The translations under genes and the position numbers were made by a program. A stretch of 63,403 nucleotides of DNA, counting the filler, from Phoronis australis (lineage: Eukaryota > Animalia > Phoronida), in assembly GCA_002633005.1 (NCBI GenBank). It is 3 parts of 3 records of this genome, joined end to end, with 100 filler letters (N's around TTAATTAATTAA, not from the genome) between each part and the next. Parts side by side here need not be neighbours in the genome. Positions count along the whole stretch, not along the records: positions 1 to 30,964 come from NMRA01000792.1; positions 31,065 to 60,930 come from NMRA01000278.1; 1 more part is not named here. The stretch is one strand, 5' to 3'. Positions 24,601-35,800 of the stretch are shown here, piece after piece. How positions within the stretch are numbered: the first letter of the stretch is position 1; every line of letters begins with the position of its first letter. Under the pieces are notes generated by a model. The model saw nothing but the letters and a program-made list of their open reading frames with translations, was not told the origin of the DNA and ran no database searches.

Positions 24601-26786
24601 ACCTCCAAGCTGTCTGGCTTATTCGTGTTGTGCTTAAATGGTGTCTTGAGATTATGATTCATCCTCTTCTGCCTCGCGTTTGGTGACACATACTTCAGCG
24701 ATGGAGTCCCTGACCTGGACTGTGGCCTCAAGAGGGCGCTGGCGAGAAAACAGAAAAATGAAAGAAAACAAAACTGGGAGGAAATGACTTCACCGCTACA
24801 TTAGCCTTTTGTTAAAAATGTTTTGGACCATGCACATTTAAAACAGGTCTCAAATCAAGCAATTCTTATACAAATTAAGTCGGTGATTTCTAGGGATGAC
24901 CTGGCAGACGACTCATGGTGAAGACCATGTTTGCTGCATAAATTGACCTGCCTGGTCAAGCCAGCTTAGTGACTGACATCGAGTACAAGTTATGTAAATA
25001 ACAGCTTTAAGCGAATGGTAGCCATGGAAACAAATAATACAAAGCATGCTTGGAATTGAGTATTTGACACATTAATGAACAGTACAATGGTCAAGATGCT
25101 TTGATCACCTTAACAACCACCTTATGTAAAAGTGAAGTAGCCTAGAATCCAGGAAAATTAAAATATTCTGAACATACAAGACATTTAACAATAAATGAAT
25201 TCGCCGATAAAATAAACATCAGAAAAACCTACCTCATTTGGCGGCTGCCTGGTCTACTGGAGAACTGCTTGCTACTTTTCACTGTTTTTTTCTTGGCATC
25301 TCTGTGACGACCAGACAAGTCTATGTCTGTTCTTGCTCTAGCTCGCATCTGATCACGGAACTCGGGGGCCACGTCCAAACTCAGGAATGGCATATGCTGA
25401 AATATGGTCAAGTTGAAGTACGGTTCAAATTTTGAAACATTTGTGTGACAGAAGGGCAATTTTAGAGAGATGGGGGCAATAGCCACTTACGGGAGTCCTG
25501 GACTTTGAGAACCTGTAATAAAATAAATGCCAATTGCTCAACAGACAAACCTGGTTGATATAATGCAGGAATCCTGTAAACGGCTATTGCCGTGATGGGT
25601 GCAAAGTTCACAACACGAACACACCCCTTGCACCTGCAAAAACAATGGGGAACCACCTTTTCAAGATGTCCGGTTTTCAGCATGGGCCAAGTGCTCCGGA
25701 GTTGGGCACTAAGAAAGCTGTGGAATTGACACAGACGTTTCATGCCATAACTTAACAAGTATTGTCACACTAGTAGTAAAATGCTAACTGTAGGGTTCAT
25801 GGATCAACTTTCTGTAAGGAAGATAGGCCAGTACAAGATGGTGAACAATTTATAAACCAGGGAATTCACTATGGTTTGCTTAAACCTGTTTCCGAGATTT
25901 TCAAATAAGTTGAGTTCAATTTCGTTGAAATTTGTTTGACTTTTTTGCAGATATGGCAGACACCCAGAAAAAGCCAGATAAAAAAGAAAAGAATCATTTG
26001 AAAATTAGCCAGACACAAAATTAATGCTCCAAAATTTTGATGATTTTTTGACAAGAAATGAAAAATTTATCACTTTTCTTAAGGTCAGAGTTTGTGGCAA
26101 TTTTTAGAAAAAAGCAATATTGGCCGTTCCAAATTCAAGAATCATTCACACTATTGAGATACAAGAAGCCATTTTCAATAAGTTATTTCATGACTCTTGA
26201 TACAAAACACAGTGTCCCTTATTTAAAAATATGACAAACCTCAAAATCGCCAATGTCCCAATCTTTACAATCAACTGCACTTTGGCTTGAAGTTTTGTGT
26301 CCTAAATTTAAGATTTTCCAAAACTGGACAATTCTTACGACAGATGTTTACAATGCCAGAATTATTTCGTCATGCCTGAATTCCCTTTTGGCAAGATTAA
26401 TCAAACTTAGCCAATATTCAAGCTTTTTGGGCCTACCTTATTGATTCACTAACCTAGCTCGGATAACCAAGGTGATGTTCTATTTATAGAATTACTAGTA
26501 GCATGCATCATGACATGCAAACAGTATTTTGCCCGATCACTTTTGTAATGAATGCACTATAACTAATATACCTCATGAGGCTTAAGAGGTCTTGCCCTGG
26601 ATCGTTTTCCGCCATAGTTGAAGAACGGGGAGTCATTTCGCCTCAGTACGGGAGAGCCAGCGACAGGGCGAGTGTTCCTGAGGAGGGGGATGTCAGCCTC
26701 CAGAATCATGTCTGGGTCCTCCTGCAAGAACTCTTGCCGTGAGGATATTCCGAACATTGCAGAGCTCGTCAGAAGTTGTCCAAGAT
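9550..26786 (-). CDS. Large (~1300 aa) low-complexity protein with C-terminal GGCT/AIG2-like domain, 14 coding exons
   Basis: Phase-consistent exon chain 26786-26572, 25396-25233, 24738-24603, 23295-23165, 21646-21579, 21068-20888, 19460-17075, 15761-15727, 13965-13912, 13544-13422, 12581-12499, 11780-11653, 10909-10783, 9662-9550 (TGA). Motifs LYYFAYGTDMN, GFQLVFNK, VEGCLY, LDSCVGYP. First in-frame ATG at 26757; an upstream exon was not located. Confidence 0.88.
10094..10654. mobile_element. MITE with ~150-bp TIRs and near-perfect 8-bp TSD
   Basis: 10094-10245 is the reverse complement of 10503-10654 (CACAGGGGTCC...); flanks ggcacaag / gtcacaag; nested IR at about 10251-10383. Confidence 0.85.
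10783..10909 (-). CDS. GGCT-like gene exon 13
   Basis: 127 nt, phase 0-1; HFEHVMLPVW...VPALTYIAQDKWVEKS. Confidence 0.85.
11516..11680. repeat. degenerate tandem duplication of the exon-12 end plus splice donor
   Basis: tttgagcccctacaccaggataccctacacaacagtccaac (from ~11516) versus tttgagcccctacctcaggatatcccacacaactgtccaac (11640-11680), with partial copies between. Confidence 0.7.
11653..11780 (-). CDS. GGCT-like gene exon 12
   Basis: 128 nt, phase 1-0; GVDMDAGGFPNIEFNPYASVEGCLYTITPAELEKLDSCVGYPE. Confidence 0.88.
12499..12581 (-). CDS. GGCT-like gene exon 11
   Basis: 83 nt, phase 2-1; IGTYIKRSVESRLWGLLFGFQLVFNKK. Confidence 0.85.
13422..13544 (-). CDS. GGCT-like gene exon 10 (start of GGCT domain)
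   Basis: ...PPEGQLYYFAYGTDMNPN; YFAYG signature of the GGCT/AIG2 fold. Confidence 0.88.
13912..13965 (-). CDS. GGCT-like gene exon 9
   Basis: 54 nt, phase 2-2; TADNLTVVATSKTISRP. Confidence 0.72.
15727..15761 (-). CDS. GGCT-like gene exon 8 (35 nt)
   Basis: ttcttttag|AAATCACCC...CCCAG|gtaagt; phase 0-2, bridges exons 7 and 9. Confidence 0.75.
17075..19460 (-). CDS. GGCT-like gene giant exon 7 (795 codons, D/S/G-rich, likely disordered)
   Basis: Corresponds to the 827-aa ORF 17003-19486; ccttttag acceptor at 19461, CAG|gttagt donor at 17074; 2386 nt, phase 2-0. Confidence 0.9.
20888..21068 (-). CDS. GGCT-like gene exon 6
   Basis: 181 nt, phase 1-2; PPMSPTPYYRYTLERTQQKVREKAEIDQLNLESLRPKS... 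Confidence 0.8.
21579..21646 (-). CDS. GGCT-like gene exon 5
   Basis: 68 nt, phase 2-1; LKPLKPVVNVGPSIQLCLGVNP. Confidence 0.7.
23165..23295 (-). CDS. GGCT-like gene exon 4
   Basis: 131 nt, phase 0-2; LRPPSPSEDLKERTALATFHVSRLIS... Confidence 0.78.
24603..24738 (-). CDS. GGCT-like gene exon 3
   Basis: 136 nt, phase 2-0; ALLRPQSRSGTPSLKYVSPNARQKR... Confidence 0.78.
25233..25396 (-). CDS. GGCT-like gene exon 2
   Basis: 164 nt, phase 0-2; HMPFLSLDVAPEFRDQMR... Confidence 0.8.
26572..26786 (-). CDS. GGCT-like gene exon 1 (contains probable start ATG at 26757)
   Basis: tttcccag acceptor; GAG|gtatat donor; MFGISSRQEFLQEDPDMILE...KPHE. Confidence 0.75.
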
Positions 26787-26917
26787 CTGGGAAAAGTAAG
26801 TACAACTATTATTAAAATTTCTTGGTCTATTTACACTGACCTCTTGCCATCCGCTGCTTTACATCTCAGGGTTAGTCATGGATTTTTCCTTAGTTGGGCG
26901 CCAATGTAGAAAATTTC

Positions 26918-26988
26918 ATGATGACCGAGACTTGAACCCGGGTTGCACGAGCGGCAGTCAAGCATCTAAACCATTCGGCCAATTCTTT
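26918..26988 (-). pseudogene. tRNA-like fragment (A/B boxes)
   Basis: Minus strand TGGCCGAATGGtttagatgcttgactGCCgctcgtgcaacccgGGTTCAAGTCtcgg; acceptor stem not intact. Confidence 0.45.
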
Positions 26989-27747
26989 ATGAGAGCAGTG
27001 ACTGACACAGCTGCGAACAAAACATTGCAGAAAATAGCCTTGCTTATTCATTGTTGAGTTTGACTGAGTGAGTAAAACAAGGCTAATTTTTCATGATTTG
27101 TAGGCCAATACACTCTGGCCATTGCAAAGAAACCACTCGTGTTCGTGAAGGTGAAATGATTCATTTTAAATCAGACAAATTTCAGAAACCATACCTGAAT
27201 AATAGCCCACTTAAAAAACAAATATGCCCGGTCATGAGCGAAAACGGCACGGATTTACACAGTTGTCAACCATATTGTTTATGGACGAACTACACCAACC
27301 ACCTGTTAAGGATATTAATGCGCTAAGTAAGTAACACTAAAACAGGTACCAATTTTAGCACACATATAATTAACACAGTACCAAGAAACTACAATTTGTC
27401 ATCTAGAATAAAGTTTTAAACTTGAAGACTTGTATAGTAGAATTGTCACAAAAACACAACTGATAAACTAATGAAAAACAATATATTCAATCGCGTAGCC
27501 TCGCTTTGACAATCTCAAAATAAACTGAGAAGTACTCAAATGGACCTGTAAGGCAGTTGGAAGCAAAATTCTAATGGGCACACATGGTAATGTTATTGTA
27601 GAGTTATCATCAGAAGCCATTCTGTGTGAATAGACGACTAATATATGTTTCATAGGTGTTTGCAGTCAGTGAAGCTCAAAGATGTCGCTCTGGTTGTGTC
27701 GCCAGAGATCGTCTGCTCTTGTTGTGTAGGCCCTAGGTCTACAGTAC

Positions 27748-27824
27748 TAGGCAATGACCATCGCCTCTGTTGGCCCGAACCAGAGCCTCTGGTTCGGGCC
27801 AACAGAGGCGATGGTCATTGCCTA
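27748..27824. repeat. perfect 77-bp palindrome (38-1-38), probable TA-flanked mini-MITE
   Basis: taggcaatgaccatcgcctctgttggcccgaaccagag-c-ctctggttcgggccaacagaggcgatggtcattgccta. Confidence 0.9.
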
Positions 27825-28009
27825 CATGTACATGTACTTGACTCCTGGGTGGACACTACACTAGTCACTAGCTGATTTCGCCGCACTGAGAACCTGAATC
27901 ACTGAATAATACGATGCGACCTTTGAACTCGCATCTTTTGAGCAAGACTTGGTATTTTTCTCTTGTAACGGGATTTTCTCTTTTTTGGTTTCTATCTCCT
28001 CTTAATTCA

Positions 28010-29352
28010 CAGGCGGATTTAGGGGGGCGCAAAAAATAAAACAATAAGAGCGTAGGGAAATGTTGAGCTTATTAATTAACCCCGGTAATTAAAATTATAC
28101 GGATGAAAAAAGATTTAAATGTGTGCAGTTTTAGTGTTGGGGCGGCGGGTGAGGGGGGNNNNNNNNNNNNNNNNNNNNNNNNNNNNNNNNNNNNNNNNNN
28201 NNNNNNNNNNNNNNNNNNNNNNNNNNNNNNNNNNNNNNNNNNNNNNNNNNNNNNNNNNNNNNNNNNNNNNNNNNNNNNNNNNNNNNNNNNNNNNNNNNNN
28301 NNNNNNNNNNNNNNNNNNNNNNNNNNNNNNNNNNNNNNNNNNNNNNNNNNNNNNNNNNNNNNNNNNNNNNNNNNNNNNNNNNNNNNNNNNNNNNNNNNNN
28401 NNNNNNNNNNNNNNNNNNNNNNNNNNNNNNNNNNNNNNNNNNNNNNNNNNNNNNNNNNNNNNNNNNNNNNNNNNNNNNNNNNNNNNNNNNNNNNNNNNNN
28501 NNNNNNNNNNNNNNNNNNNNNNNNNNNNNNNNNNNNNNNNNNNNNNNNNNNNNNNNNNNNNNNNNNNNNNNNNNNNNNNNNNNNNNNNNNNNNNNNNNNN
28601 NNNNNNNNNNNNNNNNNNNNNNNNNNNNNNNNNNNNNNNNNNNNNNNNNNNNNNNNNNNNNNNNNNNNNNNNNNNNNNNNNNNNNNNNNNNNNNNNNNNN
28701 NNNNNNNNNNNNNNNNNNNNNNNNNNNNNNNNNNNNNNNNNNNNNNNNNNNNNNNNNNNNNNNNNNNNNNNNNNNNNNNNNNNNNNNNNNNNNNNNNNNN
28801 NNNNNNNNNNNNNNNNNNNNNNNNNNNNNNNNNNNNNNNNNNNNNNNNNNNNNNNNNNNNNNNNNNNNNNNNNNNNNNNNNNNNNNNNNNNNNNNNNNNN
28901 NNNNNNNNNNNNNNNNNNNNNNNNNNNNNNNNNNNNNNNNNNNNNNNNNNNNNNNNNNNNNNNNNNNNNNNNNNNNNNNNNNNNNNNNNNNNNNNNNNNN
29001 NNNNNNNNNNNNNNNNNNNNNNNNNNNNNNNNNNNNNNNNNNNNNNNNNNNNNNNNNNNNNNNNNNNNNNNNNNNNNNNNNNNNNNNNNNNATTCTTGCA
29101 GTATTTTCTGTTCGACACGATCTCCGTTTTTTTGTTTTTTTTTTTGTTTTTTTTTCTTTTTTGCCTCTTTTGTCTTCAGGAATCAAGGAAAATGCTTGAT
29201 TTTTAGAGATAAAAACAGAAAAATTTCTTGGGCCGACCTCCCCCCCACTTCAGTGCTATGCGCATCTACAATCGTGGTTCAGTTTGCGCAAATGCTTACA
29301 GCCGGACAAAAAGTTGGCCCCCCCCCTTTGTGATATCCTAGATCCGCCACTG
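28010..29352. mobile_element. GGCGGAT(C/T)TAGG...CCTAGATCCGCC MITE family copy spanning an assembly gap
   Basis: caggcggatttagggggg at 28010 and cctagatccgccactg ending at 29352; N gap 28159-29091. Confidence 0.6.
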
Positions 29353-30964
29353 TAATTATGTGGTTTTCAGTTTCCTTAGGTTACAAGTATCGTTATTTTG
29401 ATTTCATTCATGCAAACACGTTTGTCTTAGTTAAATTTTACAACCCAAAATATTTCTATAAGCCTACTTTGTTGTAGAACGACACATCACCTGGAAAATT
29501 TTCCTAATTTTTTGTCACTGATCACTTATTCCAAGCCCTAATTATCAGATCACTTGCTCAACTCCTTACTGCGGTGGCTCTCCAGCCGGCACCATCATCT
29601 GCGAATTCTGAGTTTGGCAGCCTAAGGCGATTTTTTTTCAATAAAGTCGCTGAATCGTTTGGAACTGGGCTGAGCGACGTTCAACTGGCGCGAGGCCGGC
29701 CCGGAGCAGCCGGACACTCTTGGCTTTGATGGCACTGAGGTGTAGAAAAGTTACATATTGCTTGTACTGCACGTGCCACTTGGCCGGCAGTTGGCAAGTT
29801 TGTACTCTTCGCGGGACGAGAGCCGGGATATGCGGTGAGGGTAGCCTGCTGATTTTTGTGACGCCGGCACTGAAGACCATTGCGATTTGTGTGGTTTTAC
29901 AGAAAAATGAAAAGTCAAAAGCTGCGAAAACAAAAAGAATAGGCTTGAGGATTTGTGGTTATTTGAAACCTCTAAAGGGTAATGTTATTGGAAAATGGTT
30001 TCCGAAGGAGGGCGTACGGGCCTGACCGGTCAAATTAGTGAAAACCATACATATACAGGCCAACAATATAAGCCCTTTGGCATTCCGACATATTCTAAAA
30101 GGGTGGGTATACAAAGTATCTTGAGACCTGTCAAAAAATACCACCACAGAGCTTTATAGTTCGGAGCCCGGCGACACCTGGGTATCCCTTCTTACGTGCA
30201 AAATTTAACAACCGGTCCCGGAGGGGTGCTAAATTGGTGGATGCTGGAGTTCGGGTCTAGGATGATGGTCGACTGGGGATAGGGTTAGCCTCAGTTGGTG
30301 CAAAACTGTTGGCCTATATTTTTCATAAAGCTAGCTGGCTGGCTGGGGATTTAGCAACGATTTCCTTCAAAACGCTAGGACCCCGCTAAAAAGCAAGATT
30401 TCGGGAGATTACGTGATATGTTGCCATGTGTTTTAAATGAGAACACATGGCTTTGACAAGCTTTTAGCGAGGTCGATCCTAGCCATGACTAATCCTAAGC
30501 TATCATTTAGGGTTTTGTTACAAACGCCTTAGCGGCAAGCCTGGAGCCGGGGCTAACCTGTCATCGATTCGAATTGTTGCTTATAGCCGTGGTGCTGAAG
30601 AAAATCTATTCGCTAATTTATCTTATAATGCCTCGATTTTAAAAATTCAAAGAAGTACGATGCAGAATTTACTTTTCAACAGCCATGGGGTCGTTGCCTT
30701 TATTGTTTTTTTTTTTGAGTTAGACAGACGTGTTGACCGCAATTATCTCATCCAGCACGTTCAGCCAATCATCATAAATAGCGCCCCGTGGCTCCTTTCA
30801 ATCTGTGACGGCACCACCTAGCCATTGATGTTCCGAAGACTGCTGGATACTCTGGGGTAAACGGTGCACGCTTTCTCGTCCTCTTACAGATAAATCTTGT
30901 TAGCTGAGGGCAGGATTTGCCTAACGCGTCACTGACGCTACTGACAGACACTGGTCTCTGAATA

Positions 30965-31064
30965 NNNNNNNNNNNNNNNNNNNNNNNNNNNNNNNNNNNN
31001 NNNNNNNNTTAATTAATTAANNNNNNNNNNNNNNNNNNNNNNNNNNNNNNNNNNNNNNNNNNNN
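30965..31064. other. artificial scaffold/contig linker
   Basis: 44 N + TTAATTAATTAA (stops in all six frames) + 44 N. Confidence 0.92.
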
Positions 31065-31447
31065 GCCGAATGAAAGTAATCGTGAGTGTTGCTGTGTTGC
31101 AAAATCTCTTATCCTGGGCCGATTTGAAAAATTCAAAGTTGTACTCATATTTGTTTTCGCTCCTCTTTTCAAATATTACAGTAAAAACTACGTAAAACTC
31201 TCTCCATAAAAAGTACAGTCTGCTAGCTAGACTGTAATCAGCTGATCATATCCGCATGAGCGAAGCCAATTATCCTTGCTCGTGACTCGATGACTAGAGC
31301 TGCTTGGCGGCATCCCTTTGATCGTGAGCCGAGAGCGACTCAGCCAAGGTGGATAAATACGGTCTAGTTCAATTTTCCATACCCCACCGTTTACCTTAAC
31401 CACTGGGGTTAGAACCAATCTTATTTAGTGGGAATGTTCATAGCATG
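31065..31447 (-). mobile_element. truncated copy of the element at 35302-36792
   Basis: High-identity reverse complement of 35302-35684; cut by the linker. Confidence 0.85.
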
Positions 31448-31485
31448 GAAGCCGTCTCTATAGCTGGCTCTCTGTTCACTAATTC

Positions 31486-31940
31486 TGTAACTGCTGATTC
31501 AGGAACTGCTACTAAATAGTAACTTTAAGTTGACTAAACTGACTTTAACTGACTTCCAACTTAATTCATTTTGATAGCTGACAGGTCACTACTGCGAGTA
31601 CCTGGAGTGAGTATTTATACTCTCTTACAATGTTCTGGAACTTCTCACCAATTCAAACACATACTCAAAACTTTCCAAATTCTACCCAATCATTCTACAA
31701 AGCTATCATGGGCTCTAAAATGTTTAAGACTATGGTTCTAGGTTGATCACTAATAAACTGGAATCTTCTGGAATCTTCTCTAATATTCTAATGCAAACAA
31801 ATTACATCATCACTGGCCTGACCTCATGGGTTATGTAAATCTAGTGCTATCTGCTAGTAAACAAACCAGTGTCAGTCTACTTGTGACAAACTGACATAAA
31901 CTTAATAAACTGAATGCAGTTTACTGACGTTGCTTTCACA
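31486..31940 (-). mobile_element. possible LTR remnant
   Basis: TG...CA ends (tgtaac...ttcaca), minus-strand TATAAATA near 31612-31619, ttctggaa-type repeats; no TSD seen. Confidence 0.25.
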
Positions 31941-32610
31941 GGACAATTCATAGTCATTTTACTTGTTTTCATGACACCTTACAAACAAGAGTGCGAGATC
32001 GCTGTGTGATGCATGTGAAAAACTGTGGGTTGTATTATAATATGCCAACCCCACATATCAAAGCTGACTTGTCAGTGATATGTTTTACTTCAATTTCATG
32101 GGAATTGAAAAACCCAATGTCGGAGAGCCGTTTTTATGACTGTTTAGATTTAGGAAACGACTATCAGTGTATCATGAAATATGGATTGAGTGAAAAATAG
32201 TTGCTCAGACTATCTGTGGCTGTATTCCTTTATTTTCACACAGAAGGCAACATATTTCCAAACCGTACGTGAGGAAATATTAATGTACCCATTGTGGAGG
32301 GCGACAGTTTTTGAAGGAAAAATGATCAACTACACCTAAAATTCACAAGCTATAAGGTAGGAGATTTCAAACAGTGAAATTTAACAACCTCATTTTTATT
32401 CGTCAGAATTCACATTACTATGATTGTTGTTTGGTGGGATGGTCCAATACATTTGTACACAAAAATGTCTGAAATATTCGTGGATAATAGAAATAATAGG
32501 CTTTTCTTTGACCAACAGGGCTCTTGTCCACTAAATGTTGAGACAGACATTGAGTAAAAATTGATCCCTCAGTCCACAACGCCTAGAGCCAACAAAGACA
32601 AAACATCTAC

Positions 32611-32802
32611 CTTTGACATTGAAGGAGGGGTGACATCTACAACCACTCCTGCAGACTCATGCTTGGTATTCAGTTGTGCTCCATTGATGGCCACCACCTT
32701 GAAGAAATACTTGGCACCATTGATCAGTGGGATGGACAGGTTCTTTATGATGGTGCCATTACCAACAGCAACAGTCTCATAGGCACCAACGGAGGGATAG
32801 TA
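32611..32802 (-). CDS. FN3-repeat gene exon (last visible)
   Basis: 192 nt, phase 0-0; YYPSVGAY...LINGAKYFFKVVAINGAQL...GVVVDVTPPSMSK. Confidence 0.87.
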
Positions 32803-35800
32803 CTAGAAAATTATAATTAATTATTATGTTAATATAACATCGCTATCAGCGGCCACACGTTTGTAAGCTCAAAGGGTGGGATATGTTTAAAAAAATTATG
32901 AATGATAGGGGTGCCAAACAGTTAAGCAATGTAACCTGTTATATTTTTGCAAAAATACATCACTTCATTCTTTTGCCATCCAAGCGAAGACAATTTGACC
33001 AAAATCTAAATTTCTGAGTCAAAAGTTGGCGTGATCGCAACAAAATTTCAGTTTCAAATCGATTTAAACTAAAAAAGAGCTATGAAAATCACAACAACAT
33101 ATCATGTTCGTGTAATAGTGTGTTCGATGGGATTGCTTTCTTCCCAGTGGGCAAAAGGTCTTCATCAAACCTCGATATCTCAGTACATTCTGATGCCCAC
33201 TCATGTTGTAGCCACCCAGCTTGTCAGTGCTACATCAATGCAGCTAAACGTGATGAGTTGGTTCATTAATTTTGCTCAGTGCTTGCGCTCACAGTTGTCT
33301 CTGAAAGTGCTCACTCGACATATTGACACAATTTAGAAGCAGAATGTAAACCAGCAACGCTAAGCCATGCAAGCAGTCAATGACACATTAGCTGTTAGCC
33401 AATCACAAAAGAGAAGTCAGATATTCGAATTAAATTATCAACTGGTACCAAGATACATCTTATTGTTTACACTATGTACTCTCAACTATATCTGTCATTG
33501 AACTATGTACTCTCAACTATATCTGTCATTGAACTATGTACTCTCAACAATATCTGTCATTGAACTATGTGCTCTCAACTATATCTGTCATTGAACTAAT
33601 GTACTCTCAACTATATCTGTCATTGAACTATGTACTCTCAACTATATCTGTCATTGAACCTAATTTTAGCCCCGAGCTACATAGATCTGACTCCAAAAAC
33701 GAAGATATATTAATTACACAGTCATTTTCTTCACTTTGCATGGATTCTTTAAGAGAAATGAAGACTCAAACCAGATTTTTATGCCATAAAAGCAATTGAT
33801 TACTTTAAAATCAGTAAAAGTTGGTGTCTCTAGTAAATAGCCAGCATTACGTAGCATTCTCTTGTTTATCTCTAGTTTGGAATACTTCATAGGTGCCTAG
33901 CGTAGTCACCTTCCATCCATGTCTTGAACACTTCCAAATGGCCATTAGCTGGTCTACTCACAAAATGAAAGACAGCTGACATGGACTCATGATGTTGTAG
34001 GAAAACACTAAACTTTTGTCCAAGAGAATGAGACAAACATACCTGGATGGTGATGCCACTGTGAAACTGGNTGTCATTGAACTATGTACTCTCAACTATA
34101 CCTGTCATTGAACTATGTACTCTCAACTATATCTGTCATTGAACTATGTACTCTCAACTATATCTGTCATTGAACCTAATTTTAGCCCCGAGCTACATAG
34201 ATCTGACTCCAATAACGAAGATATATTTACACAGTCATTTTCTTCACTTTGCATGGATTCTTTAAGAGAAATAAAGGCTCAAACCAGATTTTTATGCCAT
34301 AAAAGCAATTGACTACTTTCAAATCAGTAAAAGTTGGTGCCTCTAGTAAATAGCCAGCATTACATAGCATTCTCTTGTTTATCTCTAGTTTGGAATACTT
34401 CATAGGTGCCTAGCGTAGTCACCTTCCATCCATGTCTTGAACACTTCCAAATGGCCATTAGCTGGTCTACTCACAAAATGAAAGACAGCTGACATGGACT
34501 CATGATGTTGTAGGAAAACACTAAACTTTTGTCCAAGAGAATGAGACAAACATACCTGGATGGTGATGCCACTGTGAAACTGGTATACAGTGAGCCTGTA
34601 TTCTGCAATGCCTGACTCAGCATCACTGTACTCCCACGAGAGCACAAGTCGGTCGTTATACTTCTGATATCTACATCAAAGCAAAACAACGTTAATCTGA
34701 CATTCAAGTGGATTTCACACATCGAGAGCTTTTGTTACATAATTACAAATACGACGACCTGTGACCCTCTTCAAAAGATTAACGCGAGTTTTACAAAACA
34801 AAGTGTTGGATGGCATGCACGAATGACTACATCCAAATAGTATGTCTCCAGGATTATTTATCAGAATCGTCAAAATAGCCAATAGGTGGCACTGATTACA
34901 ACAAACCCATCCTAGATTATAGAAAACAATTTGCTAAATTTCAAGATCCATCAAGCAGCCCCGCGGACTGAGACAAACGTAACAAAATAAGGTAGGTGGA
35001 CCAGAAGTTTGCTCCACTCCAAACAAGTCATCCCCACTTGTTACTTTCAAACAAAAACAATCTCCAAATTTCAGAAAGATCCTCCAAGTAGTTTAAGAGA
35101 TATAACGTGTGTCATTTGTATTTATTTTGTTAAATGCTGCAAATATCCCATCATGGTAGAAAGCAATGTTTCATGGGAAAAATGCCCTTCCACGCATAGG
35201 GCATGGGTTTTTCAAAACTATTTACAGCTAATTAAAACACCACTTCATGAAATTCTAATTTGAATCGAAATCACCCTACTCTACAGCAACTTTTAACTGA
35301 ACATGCTATGAACATTCCCACTAAATAAGATTGGTTCTAACCCCGGTGTGTAAGGTAAACGGCGGGGTATGGAAAATTGAACTAGACCGTATTTATCCAC
35401 CTTGGCTGAGACGCGCTCGGCTCATGCTCAAAGGGATGCCGCCAAGCTGCTCTATTCATCGAGTCACGAGCGAGGATAATTGACTTCGCTCATGCGGATA
35501 TGATCAGCTGGTTACAGTCTAGCCTAACAACTGTACTTTTTATGGAGAGATTTTTACGTAGTTTTTACTGTAATATTTGAAAAGAGGAGCGAAAACAAAT
35601 ACGAATACAACTTTGAATTTTTCAAATCGGCCCAGGATAAGAGATTTTGCAACACAGAAACACTCACGATTACTTTCATTCGGCGCGCACGAATACAAAA
35701 ATATAGGACCCAAGTTAGGATTGTATAAATGTAGAACTACTCCGTGTGTTATTTAGGTTTTGGAAAAAATGCATTTTAATACTCAAAATACGTTTTGTAT

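Noticed and set aside
28072-29333. Long ORFs of 348-404 aa (and 49379-50266)
   Set aside because: Almost entirely X, from N gaps
34041-34070. Duplicated exon as an alternative exon
   Set aside because: Only a 3' fragment ending at an N inside a probable haplotype duplicate
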